NCBI GenBank assembly: GCA_053919585.1
Contig: CM132798.1
Source of the DNA: Euprymna scolopes
Lineage: Eukaryota
Direction: 5' to 3' (one strand)
DNA: 64,000 bases
The first letter of the stretch is position 1. Each line of letters starts with the position of its first letter. Below the pieces are notes generated by a model. The model was not told where the DNA came from. It ran no database searches and saw nothing but the letters and a program-made list of their open reading frames with translations. The translations under genes and the position numbers were made by a program. Below are positions 26,260 to 41,435 of this stretch, piece by piece.

Positions 26260-29200
26260 TCCACTATATATAATAGCTAAATATAGAACCAAGTATCTAA
26301 GTAACAAGGCAGCTTACCGGGTTCGTACATTGCTTACCAGAGCTTACTTGAGGTATAACTACGATTTTAAAAATAATATAACATAGAAATATTGTAGGAG
26401 ACACAACAAAAGGTGTAGAGAAAATTAAACTAGAGATGAATTATTAAAAAAAAACATGTAAACTCCTACTAAATTTCCTTTTTGCTTACAACGAGAAGGT
26501 CTTAAAAATTAATATTACTCATTTTCATTCTGTCCATCGTCAACTCACGTTTACTGGTCTTTATGTGCGTTGAGACTCTTTATGTCCAAAAACAAAATAA
26601 TAATCTAATTATGAATCTTGCACATGCAACATAACGTGAGCGGATGTATGCAAATATCGATCCGTGAACGAAGTGCCTCACGATAAGAAAAATGGTTATA
26701 TAGAAAGGAGAGAGCACGTTCAAGAGAACGATTATTTTGATCACGTGAGAGACGTTACAGCCATATCAAGAAGTTACACGTGCTGGGAGAATGAGAAAAT
26801 GAATTTTGTAAACAAAACAGAAAAAAAAACAAGTTTAATTTTTTTAAGTACATGAAAAATCTTTCTTCGAATGATTACAACCAGGATAAATTTTGTTCGT
26901 CATATTTAATTTATATTCGTTCCATGTTACTAGAATATTACATGTTTTACATTAGAGAAACTTCCAAGGAAGCAATATTTAAATCAGTTCTGGACGAACA
27001 AGTTCCATTTGTTATTTGGAAAGGAGTCCCTACTTTTATGTCACTACTGGCAATGGCTTCACCTTGTCGAGATTAATCTGACCTCCTTGTGTTATAAACC
27101 ATAAGTGAACTCAGTAGTTTTTAGGGCTGTTCAGGACTTATCTTGCGATCTCGTTTAAGTGACCATATTCAAATTTATATAATGTTTGTTAGTGTTTAAT
27201 CAGTGGAAGTGAACTAAGTATATTTGATATTAGAATAGTATTTTAAAATAGGAATAAAACCTTGCAATGCATATTCAAATACTCAATATTTTCTAACAAG
27301 TTGATTTTACCTTAAAAACTATATAAAAATAATATTAAAAATATTAATCATTCGTTAGAATATTACTTTTGTCAGTAAATCATTTAATTTCATTTACACA
27401 TAATACATAGACATGTATATATGTTATTAATAATAGGGATGCTCGGTGAAATGTGTTGCTTTACTCTTGACTGAAGATAAGAGGTCCAGATTGTGTTATA
27501 ATTTAACATATTATACTACAAGTATAATATCATCAACACGTAATTATGTATACAACTGTTAACCAAGAAGTCTTAAACATTTGATTTTTAACATATTTTT
27601 TTGTGTAAACGCTCTTATTTAACACTGCACTGCGCATGATCACAATATTATGAATAGTTGACAGTCTCCGGCTTAGAAAGGTTCGTCGAATAATATAACA
27701 TTCCTTTGATCAATTTTATTTCTCGTTACAAAACAAACCTGCAATTATTATCAGGAAAAATGTGCATTATACGCAAAGTGATTGTGAAAGCGTGACGTAA
27801 GCTTTCTGCGTACTTTAGTTCATTTTCGAATGCATTTCCTATATACTTTACTCCGTACTAATATATCTGTGTGTGCCTACATCTAGATGTGTGTTGGGTG
27901 TGTGTGTGTTTACTAAATGGACTTTAAATCATTTTATAGTTATCTAAAGCCAAAACACAGTATATATTGCAGACAATAAGCACATGCATATCAAAAACTA
28001 AGCAAACCCTTGTGCGGGGATATAATTAAAGATTCGAAAATTTTTATAACTATATACAAAGTTCACTGTTTCCATAATGTTTTTACTTTTCAACTTTTAC
28101 AAAATTACGATATATTAGATTATAATTATTGTACAATAAAATGAGGTAAATTATCGAAAGACAAACGGGATTCAAAAATATAAATATTTTATAGTGTTAA
28201 AAATATGCACCAATAAATTCGATTTAAATCTAATGAACAATTAAAGTAATTGAAATTCATTGAATTACAATGAGTCTATAATTATTGATTATTAATATTG
28301 TTTCTAAACCTTGAACAATAGGATGGTTACAATTTTATTAAATAATAATAGAGTCAAAAATATTGAATAATAATATAAATTCGAAAATGTCAAACACTAA
28401 ATAGTTTCCAAATAATTACAAATATAATTGGCTCAAATTTAGGGATATGCGCAGGCTTTTATAATAATAAATAATTCATCATAAACGTATTAATAACTTT
28501 ACCTTATACTGAATTGTATAATTTACAATTTATGTGATATATTTAGTAGTAAAGTAATCGTGAAACAACATCGTACTAATTGGATACGAAAAAAACGATA
28601 AATGACTAAAGGAAACCGAATGTGAATAAAAGACATTAAAATGAAATACGAAAAAAAAATCAAGAGATAAATGTCATTTCATAAGATTGGAAATATCAAT
28701 CAATTTCATAGGGAAACAATCAAACGCGATATTTTTCTCAGCAATAGTATTAAAAAAAGAAATAGAGAAAGTCTCAGATTCCATCATGATGCTATCATGG
28801 CCGCTATTGATTTGGCGCAGAGACGTTTGTCGTAAGTTATCAACTTGATAACGATCGGCCAACGAGATACAACGAGACATGAAATGATGCAAGACTCAGC
28901 GAGACCATGCGAAACGGCTACCAGTGCACATATGATAATAAAATCAATAACATTGATTTGGTCCTAAAAGCGCGAGTTCGTGCACATTTCTCTTAAAGTT
29001 TTTCGTATTGCAGATAAAAGCGATCAGACCAAGAATGGGCGTTTGCGTCGGTAACCTAATCACACGCATCAACCATAACAATGCCGTATTGATTACATTA
29101 ATATTAACGAGTAAACACACACACTTACGCCTACAGTTACACACATACGTATATGCATAGTGTATATTCCTTTTAAAACAATATATTTACAACACACGAA

Positions 29201-29410
29201 ACTGTGTATTATAGTTTTCTATGAACACTTAAAGGTTTTATTTTCTTTTTTAGATTAAGTCACGGGATGATGATATCCATAACGTATAACAGCGAGCTAT
29301 AATATCGATACCAAACTTAAACAACTATATTTTTAGTTAAAAAAAAAATCAATATCAAATTATATTTTAATAGAACTGTGGCAGATATAATCTATTCCGC
29401 ATAGTAACGG

Positions 29411-29940
29411 ACTAGCAGGGAGACCCGACGTTGCCCATAACTAAACGAGGATCAACGAATGCATTATATTTAAAATTCTTTTATTATCATCGAAATTGCT
29501 TAAATCACACATTTTTCAATCAAAAACGTTGATTGACTGCTATGGTCCGAGACATAGCACGGTGTATCGGGAGAAAATTATGCATATTCTCGCAGTGACT
29601 TTGTTAATAATATATAATAGTCTACATTTGATTGTGAATATATTTCTGTTGATTTTATAAAAAAATCTAATGGCTTCAATTACTCGCCGGGTTCTTTTTT
29701 ATGCGCGGTATTAAAACTTCTCAAATCCATTTGTGATGTTAAGCTGTAGAAAGGGGTAAACTTTGGTCAAGATCCAAACGTTTTTACTTTTATCAGAGCT
29801 TTTCGATTCTCGATTATCAGAAGCATTCTGATACAAAACCTAAGAAAACTCCCATAATTATAAAGTACATAAAAATAGACCTAGCCGTTTATGAAGTCAT
29901 AGTAATGAATTGATGCACACAGGCAACGTGTTTTTATAGA
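29411..29940 (-). mobile_element. Non-autonomous Helitron-like repeat
   Basis: actagc...acccgacgttgccc (minus: hairpin + CTAG|T) and a tttata end. Confidence 0.45.
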
Positions 29941-29989
29941 CGATTAAATCCGGATTTGAAACTTCCAACGTAGACCCCCACTACCATGC

Positions 29990-30475
29990 CTCCTTCTCCA
30001 ACATCAGGGGTCTACGTTTTGATCTTCCAGAGGTCGAAGCCCAATTACCGGAGACTAAACAAGATCTTTTATTTTTAAGCGAAACTGGAATTGGACAGAC
30101 TATTTCCTTAAATGAGTTCGTAATTTAAGGATACTTTTACCTAACTTCCAAATCTGACCCCCAAGATCGCCACGGGCATGGAATATGTGCCTATATAAAA
30201 TATTGATTTCCATGTGGTAGGGACATCTCCAGAGAAGATCCTAACTTACCTTATATGTGCTTCCGAGTAGCACTAGCTCACACTACGGCATTTATATTTA
30301 CTCTCTATCGCCCCCATAACAGCGGAGTTACTATCTTTAAAAGCATATCTGAGAAAATTGACCAAGTTCTATCAGCATATCCTTCAGCTAACATTCACGT
30401 ATGTGGAGACTTCAATGTTCACAATGTGGAATGGTTGACCCACTCAAACAAGACTGATGATGCAGGATGTGAATA
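29990..30475 (+). mobile_element. APE endonuclease fragment of LINE family A
   Basis: NIRGLR, LSETG, YRPHNSG, VCGDFNVHN; 30130-30470 aligns with 19580-19915. Confidence 0.88.
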
Positions 30476-30516
30476 GACAACATCGCCAACGTCAATGATT
30501 GGGTTGTAGACAATGT

Positions 30517-30583
<67 letters not shown>

Positions 30584-30748
30584 ATTGTTTGCAGTTCATA
30601 CACACAAATATTCACCTATTCAGAATCGAGAAATGTGTAAAGATCATGAAAACGAGGTATAATATCCTCACAGCAATAAGACGGAGTCAAATTTGACTCT
30701 TTTCAGTCAATGTGTTTACAATTTTTACTGTCTGAAAACTGTTCTATG

Positions 30749-30788
<40 letters not shown>

Positions 30789-31079
30789 GTATAGCATTTT
30801 GCATGTATGTTCACAAAGATGTCATTGCATATATTGTAAAGAGGAACAAAAATTAAGTCTGCTATTGTCCTAATTACTTTTGCAATAAAATTATATGCAA
30901 TCTTTTTAATTGTGTATGTACATATCAGCACGCCTTTTCTACGTGAGTCGCCGCATAGAGATGTAAAATATACTTAATATTAACAGTCGCATATGTATGC
31001 ATGTGCATCCTAGCACTCACGATCACGTATATAATATATATATGTGTGTGCGTGTATGCATCTGTGTACACACACACAC

Positions 31080-31120
<41 letters not shown>

Positions 31121-34099
31121 TACGTACAAGAAATATGCATGGGTCTTTAAACGAATATCAACCTAGAATATATACAGTTTAGACGACTTTTCGTTTAGTC
31201 AAATTAAATACTTCACTTCCCTTCATGGTAGTCTACTAATCAATATTGGCCTGAGATGCGTCTCTTTACAAGTCGACAATTTAATAGAAAATCAGTGCTT
31301 TTTCTTTTCTTACTTATTTTTTTGGAGGGGGGCTGCGTAACTTTATCTTTAATATATATTCTCTCTCTTACAGAACATTTTCCCATGCTAAAGGACTGTC
31401 GACTGTGTGGAAGCAAAGCCGGAAATTCGAAAGGTACGTGCGTTGTAATAATAGCACAAGGCAAAAGATTTTATTGGTGCCAAATCGCAAATAGTTCGAC
31501 GGTTCTACTGCAGATTGTAGTGTTATTCTGCTTGTTTCTTACGATAAATTCAAATTGCCCCCGGCCCCTTTGCTATTACAGTGTGTCTATTGAGATTTAC
31601 ATATACACGTTTACTATCTATGCTTTTACATTTCCTCGTTGCTAACGAATTTACGAGTGTGTAATAAAGTAGCATCTATACGGGATTTTAAAAATTAGTG
31701 CCTAGCAGTGTATCAAAACATGCTCTAAGGTCTAATATTTTTTAATAGACTAAACTTTTCGCATTTAGTAAAACTAGTTAGGAAATTGTAATCATTGCTA
31801 TATAATATATCAGCTAGTAGTTTGTGTGGTTAATATGTGAAGCAATTGAGAGATAAGCGGTCAGGGATCGCGTACGTCTCCTGCAAGGAAACGATAGCTG
31901 CAAGAGAGCGAGAGCGTAAAACCGTTGGACTTCAATAAAGGAGACTGTATTATGAAAAGTAATCGTTGTTTGCAGTCTAAAATAGAAATGAATAGTGAGA
32001 TTTGACCAAGAATATTAGTTAAGCTTTAATTTTTTTTTTTTTTTACTATGTCGAGGACTCGTTTTAAAAAATCAGATTGATAGAGTTATTCATTGTGTCT
32101 GATAGTGGCCTTTGTTCTACCGTGGTAAACTATGAGTCTGTGAAGGACTGGGACGTTTACTTCTGAATTTTCGTTTTACCATTTTGGGTGAATTACTTTA
32201 TTACTTGTAGACGATTTAACTCTGAATACCGACAAGTTTGAGCAGCTATGTTAACGAGGTAAGAGTGCCCCTTCTCTAGGGACACAGGCTTTAATCTGTT
32301 GATTTTCGACTTCGTATTCGAGTTTTCTGCGGTGTGAAGGAAGTAAATTATCAGTCTACTTTTGGATGCGATGCATACCATGTCGTAAATTCGTTCGCGA
32401 CAAAATGTTCGGCGGAGGTTTCCAATTCTGTCTGATGGTCCTCTTTCATCTGCCGCGTTGAGGTATCGTTCACGGTTGGCATAGGACGTTAACTCTTCAA
32501 GGTGGTGTCTCTTGTAAGTACTCCATGAATGCAACATAATTTTTAGTTAGTGTAAGTTTAGTGTTTGCTAAAGAGCGTGGATAGAATAATGCCAACTTGA
32601 GCAGACATTTTTTCTGACCCAAAGTGTTCCAATATATTACAGGTGCTGGCTCGCATTTGGCGACTCCTGACAATGTCTCAGAGTTTCCCAAGTCAGAATG
32701 TAAGCAATTAACTAATTTTTTTATGGGCGTGTCGGTTTAGTTCTTTGTTTCCTTTTGTTCTCGTCTGTCAATATAAAGAAGAAAAATATTTCTAGTTAAT
32801 ACTAGCAGCAAGCCTTTATAGTCGATGAGAAAAAAAAGAAAAAAAACGTTATTACATTTGGTATTAATAGGATACATTTGTCCTATTCTTATTCAAAAGA
32901 AAATATTACGTTCATGCGCATTAATCGTAAAACCTGATGTTCTATCTGTTGCTTTCACTCTAAATGATTTTTGTGACTGAAAAAATAATTAAATACAAGT
33001 TTCAATCAATAAAAGAATTATCTAAAAAACAATCTCGCCATTCTGTAATGAAATATCTCCATAGAAATGGAATAGCAAAACTAATTAAACATTGTAAACG
33101 ATATGCATTAACAACCATAGCTTCCTCCCACAAATACGCGATATCTTTCCCGAAAAAAAATCATACTAGAAAGATGTCAAGGAAACCAATACAAATAACA
33201 TCATTCGATTTATATAGAAATGAATGTATTAACCGGAAGTTCTTTAAACGTATAATTGTTGTTGCATTATCTGCATTCTGGGTATTTAATACTCATAATA
33301 TAGAGTAATTATATTTTGTTATATGAATAATCGAGCATTAATTTAATTCATTCTTTGCTCAATTTTATTCTTTAAATCCGGCTTATATTATTTTCATTGA
33401 AATGGAAATGTAAAAGAATCTAATCTGCGTTTATTTTTTGACAACTAATGTACCTTATTATCAGTTGCATACTGTGTATCGTTGAAATTAGACGTGAAAA
33501 GCTTAAATCAGTATTGAACAACAAACAATTTTATCAACTTCCTGAATTGCTAATATGATTATAGTTGACGGGCGTCGGTTTCATTGATAATTGCTCACTT
33601 TTGCATATGAGAAGAATTACATATTGTTGGGTTTATATGCAGGATTATATTCAAGCAAGATTTAGATATGAGAATATTCCCGAAATTTCCTCCCGATTTA
33701 AGCTTCTCTAAATTAACACACGGCAAATGGGATTACTTTACATAATAAGGGCTAAATTTCTGGGAAAGGTCCCGTAAATTAAAATAGCATAAATAAACGA
33801 ACACCACCGGTGTCTTCAGTTTGTAATCTCTATTGATTTCTTGTGTGAGAACTCCTAGTGTGTAATAATAATATTAATAACAATAACCTACAGATAATAT
33901 TTCTCAATGAAAGTATTTACTATTTCCAATGGACAATCATTGAAAATTTATCGTGTGGGAAAAGCTAGTGTGTATATCCCTTTTATAGACTAAATGTAAG
34001 AAGAAAGGTATTATAGAGGGATTGATATTATCGATAACAACCTCAAATTATGTGTGCATATTATACGCCAACACGCACAGTAAAATACTTCTATGGACG

Positions 34100-36400
34100 T
34101 TAAAAATCTATGCTATTTTAATGGGAACCCTGGATCATACTATAATCGGTGTTTAGTTTACATCGGTCATCTTCAATATGACTTTCATCTTACTTGCCAG
34201 TTTTGTGTATTTTCTTTGCATCTCAACCTCCATGATATTTGTTCTGTAAACTGCTGAACCGCGAAATCTATAACTAGCTGAACTTATTATAATGGCATCT
34301 GGTGTCCTTGCTACGACATCTATATCTCATAGGATTTTATGATTTTCACTTTCAAATACTGCTACCGTTTTGTGATCATCCTATTTTTGTGTGTGTTCAG
34401 GGTGCAGTTGTGATAGTTGTTCTCAGTGCATTGGCTTCCCTGCCTGGTCATATTTATTCATATAATCTTTTAACTGCATTAAATTCGTAAGTGGTTTACT
34501 GTTTGTCCAGAGAGTCTGCTTCTTTTTCTTGTATTTTTTTTATCTTTGCTTTCTTTGATATAGTTTGTTGTGCAGCTGTTATTAGTGATTATGTTCGGCT
34601 AGTATTCATATTAGGATGCAATGCATTGTGTATGATCATAATTTCCTTTGTTTTCTGGACCAGATGTCTCAGTTCTTATTTGGTCCAACCTGCGAACGGT
34701 CCAGTGTATCTTAGTTATTTTACCCACATGACTATTCCTTTCCATTGGGTTTCTGATGAATAATTTAGTTTCTAGTTGTTTTACTATTCTTCTTGTTTGA
34801 TATTTTTTTTTTCATTTTTTCTTTCATTTCGATTGATTTTAGTGTTTTTGCTTTAAAAACTTCGAAATATTTTTAGATTTTGCTTTCTCCTAGGATCTTC
34901 ATCTCCCTTTCGTAGATTAGTCCCATGTACTTACTTCCCTCTAGTTTTTCCTTTCTAATAGTATTTCACATTATTATGTTCCGAGTTTTATTCGAATATA
35001 TTTCTGAAGATTCCGGTTGTGTTTATTAGCGTCTCCAGTAAATTTTATTTTATTTCTGATGACAAGTTCTTGGCCATAAATATCCATTAAATTTTAATAT
35101 TCTTTTATTAGTATTATTAAATCTGTATTAGTATTAGTAAATCTGTATCCGATATGTTGAACGGCGATGTTTATGGAATCTTTCTGGTAGATGCCCCTTC
35201 ATTTGTATTCTATGTATATATTCTCCGACAGCTGACGTTCCAGTCGCAATGCTCTCATTGATTTTAGAGTAAATTGATAGTCTTAACCCATACTTTGTAC
35301 ATCCTCAAGCACTCTATTATCGATACTTGAGGTATTCTGTCGTGCTTTGTCGTATATTTTAATGCATTCCAGGGCTATGCCTTTTTTTCTATATTTTATC
35401 TTTTTCGGGATTTTTGATCATGCATCATTTATTACTCTTTACCCTTTTTGACATCATTGGCGTTCTTCGGCCAATCGCCAACGATTTTTAAGTGAAGCAT
35501 TCATGTTATTTTAACAGTTTTGCTTTTGGGNNNNNNNNNNNNNNNNNNNNNNNNNNNNNNNNNNNNNNNNNNNNNNNNNNNNNNNNNNNNNNNNNNNNNN
35601 NNNNNNNNNNNNNNNNNNNNNNNNNNNNNNNNNNNNNNNNNNNNNNNNNNNNNNNNNNNNNNNNNNNNNNNNTCACTCAGATTTCGATCAATATTTGTAA
35701 TGTGAGGCACAATGAATATCCAGTAATCTCTAAGTATTTCCTTAACCTTTGCAAGTAATTTCGTGTGATTGTAAAGAACGATTGTTCTTTGTTTCCCTGG
35801 TAACCGCCATTGTATGGCTTTGGGAGTTGATTTCGTAATAGGTCACGCCAAGGTCCTAATATATTACTCATATACGAAAATCTCGAGAATTTATTTGATT
35901 CAGTCTTTCCAATTTTCTTACACTTCACGGCTATTTTTGTGGTATCTGACGTGATTGTGTCATCACAGTGTTATATCATTTCTTTGAGGATAGTTAGCAG
36001 TTTATGAGATAAGACTCATTTAAAGTTCTCTCGTGATGCTCTAATGTTCTTTCCACGTTTTTTTTTTTACTTCTGTAATAAACTTCGATGTAGCTACTTA
36101 GCGCGTATTTTTTTTATCTGCACTTAATAATGGCCATTAATATTTCAGCCGCTTTAATTATTTATACATTTTGTGCTATCTTGTCTTTCCTTTGATTATT
36201 AGTCCCTTTTTCTTGATTTTACAAGATATTTTTCGAATACATTGCGATTACTGGTAGTCTGTTGACTTTATTTATGCTAAATAATTATTTTAATTATTTG
36301 GTAATTTCCGCATAATTGCTTACTTACGTCGTCTCTTTTCTTTCTTAACCTGTAGCTGGCTTTCATTATTCGTGTTAATTATTATAGCACCTACTAACCT
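34100..36400 (-). mobile_element. Heavily decayed LINE (RTE-like) RT remnant
   Basis: Scattered degenerate RT-like peptides on the minus strand (NGGYQG, KYMG); many stops; boundaries approximate. Confidence 0.35.
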
Positions 36401-39226
36401 TACTTGTATTAGTTTANNNNNNNNNNNNNNNNNNNNNNNNNNNNNNNNNNNNNNNNNNNNNNNNNNNNNNNNNNNNNNNNNNNNNNNNNNNNNNNNNNNN
36501 NNNNNNNNNNNNNNNNNNNNNNNNNNNNNNNNNNNNNNNNNNNNNNNNNNNNNNNNNNNNNNNNNNNNNNNNNNNNNNTTGATTGGTGCTACTAGAAAAA
36601 TCATCGTACTTTACAAATTTACACTCCTGCTAAATACCAACGACCAACCTATATATTACTACGCTTATTCATCCAAAGATAACGTAAGCCAATCACATAT
36701 TTAATCCCGCATTTTCTGCTAAGATTAAAAAAAAAATAAAGAAAACTCAATAATTTTCGAAACAATACCCACATTACACTTATTAAAGATTTGCTTATTG
36801 GATTAATAACGTACACAAAATATTTAAAAAGTCGCGTCCGGAGTAAGGAGATATTTGTGAGAACTATTCTTAAAACAAAAAAAAACAAGCGTAAGATGAC
36901 ATTGGTCAGTTGCATGACTGTCTAACCAATGACATCGACGGTCTACTATATATTCCCAATGTCTTTTGCATGACTCTAAACGCCACATTGAACCAAGCGT
37001 TCGTCCAGATAACGTATTAAGAATGTATGTACCTCATTTCACTCGTGCGTTAATGTAATTGATAGAACAGTACATTTTCACGATAAAAAGTTCGATTCCT
37101 TGTGATCTGGACTTTTAAAAGCCATTCCACAAGTACCATCTCACAGATTATATAAAATATATAAAATATTAAATGCAGTTGCTTTTCCCGATGTTCCCTG
37201 ACAATTGCTCTATGTTCATGGTGAAATACATGTGTAAATATATATTGAGTCTTACTACTAAGTCTTACTACCGTTTTACGATTTATATTCATATACGGTT
37301 TGCATGACAACGACATATGTAAAAGAATACAGATAAGAATATAAGTGTTTAGGATTAACAAAAACGAATATCAGCAGCAATTCACTTATATTAAGTATTT
37401 CCTTCAGTGAATACATTCCATTCATTGGTATGCATTTGATATTTATTGGAATATTGTTCATAGAACATGAGTCGGAAATTATCATCCAATAATATTACGA
37501 TTCACCAAAACCTTACATTTATTTAGATCTTGCAATAGTTTACATTAAGGGTACTTGTTTACGGGTGAAACATGTACAATTTTATGGGAAAAAAAAACTG
37601 AAAATAGGACTCATTCATAAATTGTTAAATTCTTCGGAACCGAGTGAAAGATATTAAACCAATATTTGCTTATATATAATTTTATTTTAGGTCTTAAATA
37701 CGGCGGGGTTGAATTTGTGTGAAGGCGGGTTGAATTAACGAGCCGATAACTAAAATGTCATTTCATAAATTAACTCCTTTTCTACGAACAAAATTTTGCA
37801 TCCTTTTATCATTTCCTATTTGTTATTCAAGCTCCTGTGATCTAAATGCCACCCTTCAAAGAGAGCGTCGTTGTCCAATCGGCAATGCTTAATTAAACGG
37901 CAAAAATTGTTAGTATAACTAATTAGCAAACACATTATTAATATAGTAAAAGGTCACTTAATTAAATTTTATTTCTGTCGTAGTTCCCACGAATAAAAAG
38001 GTAACCTTTTGGGGAATAACATTGATCTTTGTATAAGGTACACGGATGTTCGAATATTCCAATGAAGTGCCCCATATACTTATCAAGAATTGAGTTAGTT
38101 GAGAAAATCATGTATCTTCATTTATGTAATGTAAATTTTATTATATAAAGAACATTATAAAAAATCTAGAATCTCATCGAATCAAAAATAAAAATAAAAC
38201 ATAATTCGCAAATAAAATTAGCTTTTATGTTATCATGAACTTGTTGAAAAATAAAACAATAATGATAACGATAGTTCAACTGTAAATATTTATTTGTGTG
38301 TTTTCCTTTCCTATTTATCTTTTTTATACATGTACGTCGGTTTATCCAAAATGTTATCACTGATACTGCTTTTCTCCATGATATCAATTACACTAATCTT
38401 AAATGCGTATCAAGCAAAAGCAACATAAAACCAATTTAATGGTGTAACTCTAGCCAGCGCACTAATTTATTAACGATACATGGGCTGCACTTGATTGGAA
38501 GTAACTGAGGCAAATCCCACAGTTTAACCTCTGGTCGTTTGTACAAATTATTCGTCAGATTGAAGATTGTTAAGAATCAGCAGAAGGGGAAGATATTTAT
38601 ATAGAATATCGCATCAAGAAGGCAGCACTTTTAGTAGTTTCTATTTTCTGCTTTCTCAGCAAGACTGGCAACAAACTTAATATGCTAAGCATATTGTTGT
38701 AATTTAAAGCGATTTTATTTTATGTGAATTATAAAAGTAAAGCATTAAATATATAACAGAATAATATTTTAAAAATACGAAACATTAAACGGAAATGGAT
38801 TGATTTTGCTAATGCTTAATTTTAAATACGATTTGATAGGGAATTCCATGGTAGCTTTACTTATTATATCATAGGAATATTTACAAGCCAAACTTAAGCC
38901 AGTTTGTAGTATCCAGAAATGTATATACTTTTAAGAAAGCTAGCCTAAGTAAAGAGAACCAATGTACAACCACGGCTGTAGTATGATGTGATGGGAATCA
39001 CAATATAGCAGGTGTGAACATGCACACACTGATAGGATAGTTTAATTAAATTAAATAACAGAAAGTAAAATGCTCTACGTGGGTTTAATTTATTATATTC
39101 ATGAATTTATTATGATAATTCTAGGAAATTTAAATAAATAGCTTGTAAAGTTTTAAGAGTACAATAATAAATAAGATTTAAACAGTGTCTCACAATAACT
39201 TATCTAAGGCAAATCTGTTAAAGCTG

Positions 39227-39271
<45 letters not shown>

Positions 39272-39446
39272 TTTATATTTATTAAACGGTATTCTTTGTT
39301 TGCAAACAATAAAAACATCTGTATTTGAAAATTAACCTTTGCAATTCATAAAATTTTAATACCTAAATTTATATGTATACACACACACACACATATATAT
39401 ATATATAAAGTTTCGCGACAGAGTTCCCTGTAGATCAATTACCATT

Positions 39447-39499
<53 letters not shown>

Positions 39500-40143
39500 G
39501 TACAACTCAAGCGTTTTCTTATTTTCCTATATTTGCGTCAGATCATATAATCTCAAATATTCTATACAAATTAATTACATTTAGAGTACAGTAGAACCTC
39601 GGCGCACTGCATAAAAATTTGTAACAAAATATAGTACAATATATAAAAGACATGTATATAATCAATTAACATCAGAAATAAGACTTTAAGACATGGCAAA
39701 TACCATAACAGGGGGGAGGGCGGAAAAGAACATCTTTTTCCTCATCGTAACTTGAGAAAAACGTATCCAGGGGTTTTACTGTGCATTTGTTAGTAAACAA
39801 ACACAACTATACATGATACTGTATTTTAAGCTATTAAAAAACAGCGATAAAATGTAATGTCACTATTTTTTGTTAATCTCTCGTCATTCTGTTCGTAAAT
39901 TAGAAGCAAATATGTATATATGTTTTTCATGACTTGCTGCATTATGGGGAAGGCAATTTCTAGAAACGTCTTCGTTACTCACGTATAGATCTGTTTAATC
40001 TACCGTACAAAGTATACCGGAAACAATATTTTGTATGCTTTGAAAGTGCTGGTAAGAATATAACTAATATATTTAGAACTGAACATCATAATCGATAATT
40101 CTCTCTTCATTTACATATATACATATGTATGCATGTGTATACA

Positions 40144-40194
<51 letters not shown>

Positions 40195-41309
40195 TTCGAC
40201 CTTTTTCCAAGTTATTGCTTTTTTCTAAAGGTTTATGTATTTATCTGTTCCTCCAGAATTTTCATTATTATTTTTCCGTCTTTCCTTTCTATACCTTACC
40301 TTTTATCGCTAAATACGATAGTTATTCGTCTTTTTTATTAACTCTTATATTTCTACATCCATTCTTATCATCAGTATGTTCCATTCTATCTTTCCCTTTT
40401 TTATTATATGTATATTTCTGGCGTTTCCTACTTCATTCCGCTTACGTGCGTGCATATATCGACAGATAATACTTACGTGTACTTGGGTGTTATTGACGAA
40501 AGATGTCCAACGGGTTTCATGATGTGATTTCTGCTTTGTTATGTGAATAGCTTAAGAACAAGGGTCACAATTCGTGCAGTGAATATCACGTCTTTATTCC
40601 ACGCTGTTTGAAGTCACGAACAATTCAATTGCTCCGCCTCGACTGTACTCTATAATCTCGGACTTTAAAAGCCTTGTTCAGCTATGTTCTATAGAGCCAT
40701 TTCATGTGGCGGCGCGAACAGTGGCATCAAAACTAGCGCTGACACCAATAGAACGATAACAGCGATAATAAATGGTAGGTCTAGCGGCAGAATCATTCTC
40801 AGAACAGTAACTTGCCCTTATTGTGTGAACCATTTTCTATATAAATGCCAATGTCTGTTGATTTGCAACTCGCAGAAAATATCACGCCATGCTTTAAAAT
40901 TTCGCAACTGAATAGCCGTGGTACTGAATAAGGTAGACTTAATGAATGTATGAAAAATAGCACTGTGACTCGGGTTTAAGTTTAATCTAATATGAATTGA
41001 TTTATCACTGGTGCCATTAATACCGGTGAACATATATAATTTAATTTAGTTTTCAGTAATATTCCAAGAAAAATAAAAGAAAATCTGATAGGGGATTAAA
41101 TCTTATAAAATGGATTAAACTTGTTATTAGAACTGAAACTTAAATTATTAATTAGACAAATTTTTATAAATGGATACTAATTCATGCATTCAAATTTTAT
41201 AAAATTACTATTATAAAAGGCTTCATAATTTATCCAAAATTATTTTCAGTTGGAACTGTATCTTAAATAAAAACTTGTTAAAATGACTGTACCAATTTCG
41301 ATATATATA

Positions 41310-41435
41310 TAGCGCAATGGTTAGAAACTCTGAGTGTCGTTTAGGCGATCGGCTTTCGAACCTGGCTTGAGGTAGTTGCTTATCTAGCCGCACTGATGAG
41401 CTGTGAAACAGCGAAAGAGTACTGTGTGTGGATGA
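41310..41435 (+). mobile_element. tRNA-like SINE head fused to a type I hammerhead ribozyme motif
   Basis: A-box-like tagcgcaatggttag and B-box-like tttcgaacc, then ccgca-CTGATGA-gctg(tgaaa)cagc-GAAA-gag(ta)ctg-tg-tgtgg. Confidence 0.6.

Noticed and set aside
31256-33308. ORFs of 114-129 aa as host exons
   Set aside because: No recognisable domain, splice pattern or codon bias; consistent with chance ORFs or unrecognisable TE debris.
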